Assembly: GCF_038025025.1 (NCBI RefSeq)
Contig: NW_027117348.1
Coordinates: 1,116,001 to 1,180,000 of the forward strand
Reading direction: 5' to 3'
From: Phyllosticta citribraziliensis
Lineage: Eukaryota
DNA: 64,000 nucleotides
Below the pieces are notes generated by a model. That model saw nothing but the letters and a program-made list of their open reading frames with translations. It was not told the origin of the DNA and ran no database searches. A program made the translations under genes and the position numbers. Position 1 is the first letter of the stretch. Each line of letters starts with the position of its first letter. Of the stretch, positions 61,765-64,000 are shown piece after piece.

Positions 61765-62048
61765 TTCCTTTGAGTCAAACCCACAGATTTATTGACTACA
61801 TTCCCGAGACATAACGAGCACAACGCTAACCAGCCGGACATCTACAATTTCTTCGCCTCTCCTACTCAGCTCTCTCCATTCTGTTCAATCTCATTGCTCT
61901 TTTTAGTGAAGCGTTGCGCTACAACGCGCTGTACTAAGTCGCCTCCAAACGCCAAACAAGACGCCGCCCAACAGAAGGAGATCGTCCATCAGTGCCACAA
62001 TTTCACCATATTCCAAACTTTCCAACCCACAGACTTGCTGCATGGTCC

Positions 62049-63692
62049 TCACGCGGCGCCAGCATTGTTCTTCTTCTCTTGCCGCCAACCACCGAGACGG
62101 CCAATTGCCTCCTTTGCCAATTCGTCGTCTCCCAGCTCTTGCGTCAGATGAGCCTCCAGGTCAGCCCAAAAAGCGTCACTGCCTAGCTTCTCTTGGCCGG
62201 AGAGACGCGGTTGTTTTGCGCTTGGAGCAACATCTTCAGAATCGCTCGACTCCCTCTTAATTCCGCCGGAGAAGGACAGGTTGGAAGCCTGTTGGTCACT
62301 CGACCTCGTGTTGTCGTCTTGGGCTTTGAGCTTGCCCTTGCCTTTGTTACCGACTTGCTCATTTTCAGGCCCGTTGTCTCTATTCCCGCCAGTTGAGATG
62401 CCGGCACTGGCGTTGTTTTGATAGTTTTCGGTTCCGTTTTCGACCCCCTTTGCGGCATCGTCACGAGCTCGCCGTAGGTGCTTTTCAACTTCCTCTTTTC
62501 CGTTGTATTCGTCGTCCTCGGTGAACAGCCCTGGGTATAGCGCGCGCAATTTTTCCAGGCGTCGAGCTTTGCCCGTTCCCGTCTCCTGGCCTCCGCGCTC
62601 TCGCTTATTTCCTCCTTGGTTGGAGTGGGGCCGATCGCTTTGCTGGGGCGCAAATTCACTGTCGTCGGAGTCTCCGTAGACGCCCTCGGAGTCATCCCCA
62701 GAAAATTCGGGGGTATTTGGGAAGAGTTCTTCGCCATCCTCAGGGGTATTAAGGGAGAAATCTTCTCCTTCATCAGGGGAACTGGGGGGAAAGCCTTTTC
62801 CATCATTCCCGGTCTCGTAATCTCTCTCTTCCTCTGCCAAAATCTCCGGTAGCTCATCCCATGGCACATCCCTTTCGAAAACCACGATCGGATCTTCGCG
62901 CTTGCGCAAGTCTTCCCTGAATGGAGACCAGAGAACCCGATGCCCTTTATCCTCCAGCAATTCTTGAGTCTCATGATTGACCAAACGCTCGCGTGCGCGG
63001 ACCTCTGCTTTTTCCCACAATTTCCGAGCTGCTCGATAGTGTACGGTTCTGATCTTGTGGAGTCGAATCCAGTAAATGAGGTTCAACTCATCATCCTTGA
63101 TCAAATGCTTGTATGCCAAGAGTGAACGCTGTACTGACCACGGCACTGCGCGCATCTGTCTCCCCCAGGCTCGAAGAAAGAAACCTCTGGCGAGCACTAT
63201 GTTGTCTCGTGACTCGACACATTCGATCCATCCGGCTTCTCGGATCGCCGATGGTTCGCATCCAGCCCAGAGACTTTTGCACTTCTGTCGCGTTTGCATC
63301 CAGATTGGACTAAGTGCTTCGTCGATGGCATCCTGGATCTTTTGCCGAAAGTAACGGGGAACATTCCAGAACTTCAACTCGTTGGGAAATCCTGAGGGTA
63401 GTTGCGACCACGCCTCTATCTCCTGGCGGAGCTGCAATCGTCTATGAATAAGGTGTGAAAAGCCATCAGAATCATCTTCGAAGACTTGTTGAGGAGGCGT
63501 GTCAGATGCTGCAACAAGTTCGCGAAAGAAACGCCGCGTACTCCAATTCCTAACCTCCTTCAATTCGAGCAGTAAGTCTCGTAGTCGTTCTTTGAGAATT
63601 TCTCCGGAGTCCCCGTAGTTGTCCACTTGGCTAAACGGAGGACGGTCTAATACCCGCGACTCAGAAGCCCGTCGTTTGCTGCGCAGAGGCAT
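62049..63692 (-). CDS. Lineage-specific protein (array gene 4): Trp/Arg-rich N-terminal domain, acidic linker, NLS-like motif, shared C-terminal module
   Basis: Intronless 547-aa ORF ending IKRESSDSEDVAPSAKQPRLSGQEKLGSDAFWADLEAHLTQELGDDELAKEAIGRLGGW. Confidence 0.75.
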   Translation of the reverse strand: MPLRSKRRASESRVLDRPPFSQVDNYGDSGEILKERLRDLLLELKEVRNWSTRRFFRELVAASDTPPQQVFEDDSDGFSHLIHRRLQLRQEIEAWSQLPSGFPNELKFWNVPRYFRQKIQDAIDEALSPIWMQTRQKCKSLWAGCEPSAIREAGWIECVESRDNIVLARGFFLRAWGRQMRAVPWSVQRSLLAYKHLIKDDELNLIYWIRLHKIRTVHYRAARKLWEKAEVRARERLVNHETQELLEDKGHRVLWSPFREDLRKREDPIVVFERDVPWDELPEILAEEERDYETGNDGKGFPPSSPDEGEDFSLNTPEDGEELFPNTPEFSGDDSEGVYGDSDDSEFAPQQSDRPHSNQGGNKRERGGQETGTGKARRLEKLRALYPGLFTEDDEYNGKEEVEKHLRRARDDAAKGVENGTENYQNNASAGISTGGNRDNGPENEQVGNKGKGKLKAQDDNTRSSDQQASNLSFSGGIKRESSDSEDVAPSAKQPRLSGQEKLGSDAFWADLEAHLTQELGDDELAKEAIGRLGGWRQEKKNNAGAA

Positions 63693-64000
63693 CGAAAGAG
63701 GACGAACGATTTAGCGCAAGGTAGATAAGGATGCGATGCGCCTCTGAAGGAAAATTGGTGATTTGTAAGATCTGGCAACAAATCTAGACAAATCAAGGAG
63801 CACAGTAGCCACAAAATTGAATGACCATTAAGGACTTGAGAGTGACGCTCGATCTCGCGCTGTTATGGAGGTGAAGTAAGAGTTGATTTTTGAAGGTCGC
63901 AGGCTTCGCAAAGCAATGGTCTTGTTACGTGGGGTTTTCGAAAGGGCGACGGGTTTGACGATAGGAGTGAAGGTTTGCGAGCGAGCGAGGTGGGTGGGAG

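Noticed and set aside
55500..64000. Right-hand block as a transposon or Starship element
   Set aside because: No transposase, tyrosine recombinase, reverse transcriptase, terminal repeats or target-site duplication visible in the window. It cannot be excluded beyond the window edge.

Overview
Gene-dense, intron-containing nuclear DNA of a filamentous ascomycete (Pezizomycotina; Dothideomycete-like is an inference from the gene content, short 42-70 nt introns and CTRAC branch points). The core, about 9-55.3 kb, carries conserved genes: an amino-acid permease, DOT5, an Ecm25-like RhoGAP, RQC1, PTC5, TCA17, NDUFS7, an HhH-motif protein, CHL4, metR, DAD2, SGO1, TatD, RSM25, a PPR protein, RecQ, MIC12, MRPL8, a steroid 5-alpha-reductase, ECT1, an FMN hydroxy-acid dehydrogenase and SEC23. 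Two blocks I cannot assign to known families flank it. The left block (1-3.5 kb) has two tandem paralogs of a small protein ending in an NLS-like basic motif. It also has a 3-copy cluster of Pol III-type tRNA-shaped RNAs whose anticodon loop is replaced by a 92-nt structured insert with compensatory base changes. A fourth atypical tRNA-like gene lies at 36.5 kb. The right block (56-63.7 kb) is an array of four co-oriented, acidic genes with three different N-terminal regions. All four share a C-terminal module of about 45 aa (E-x6-FW-xx-LE-xx-L-x-Q[E/D]L[G/R]D), and in two copies it is disrupted exactly at the FW codons. All gene calls come from motif recognition only; no database searches were run.
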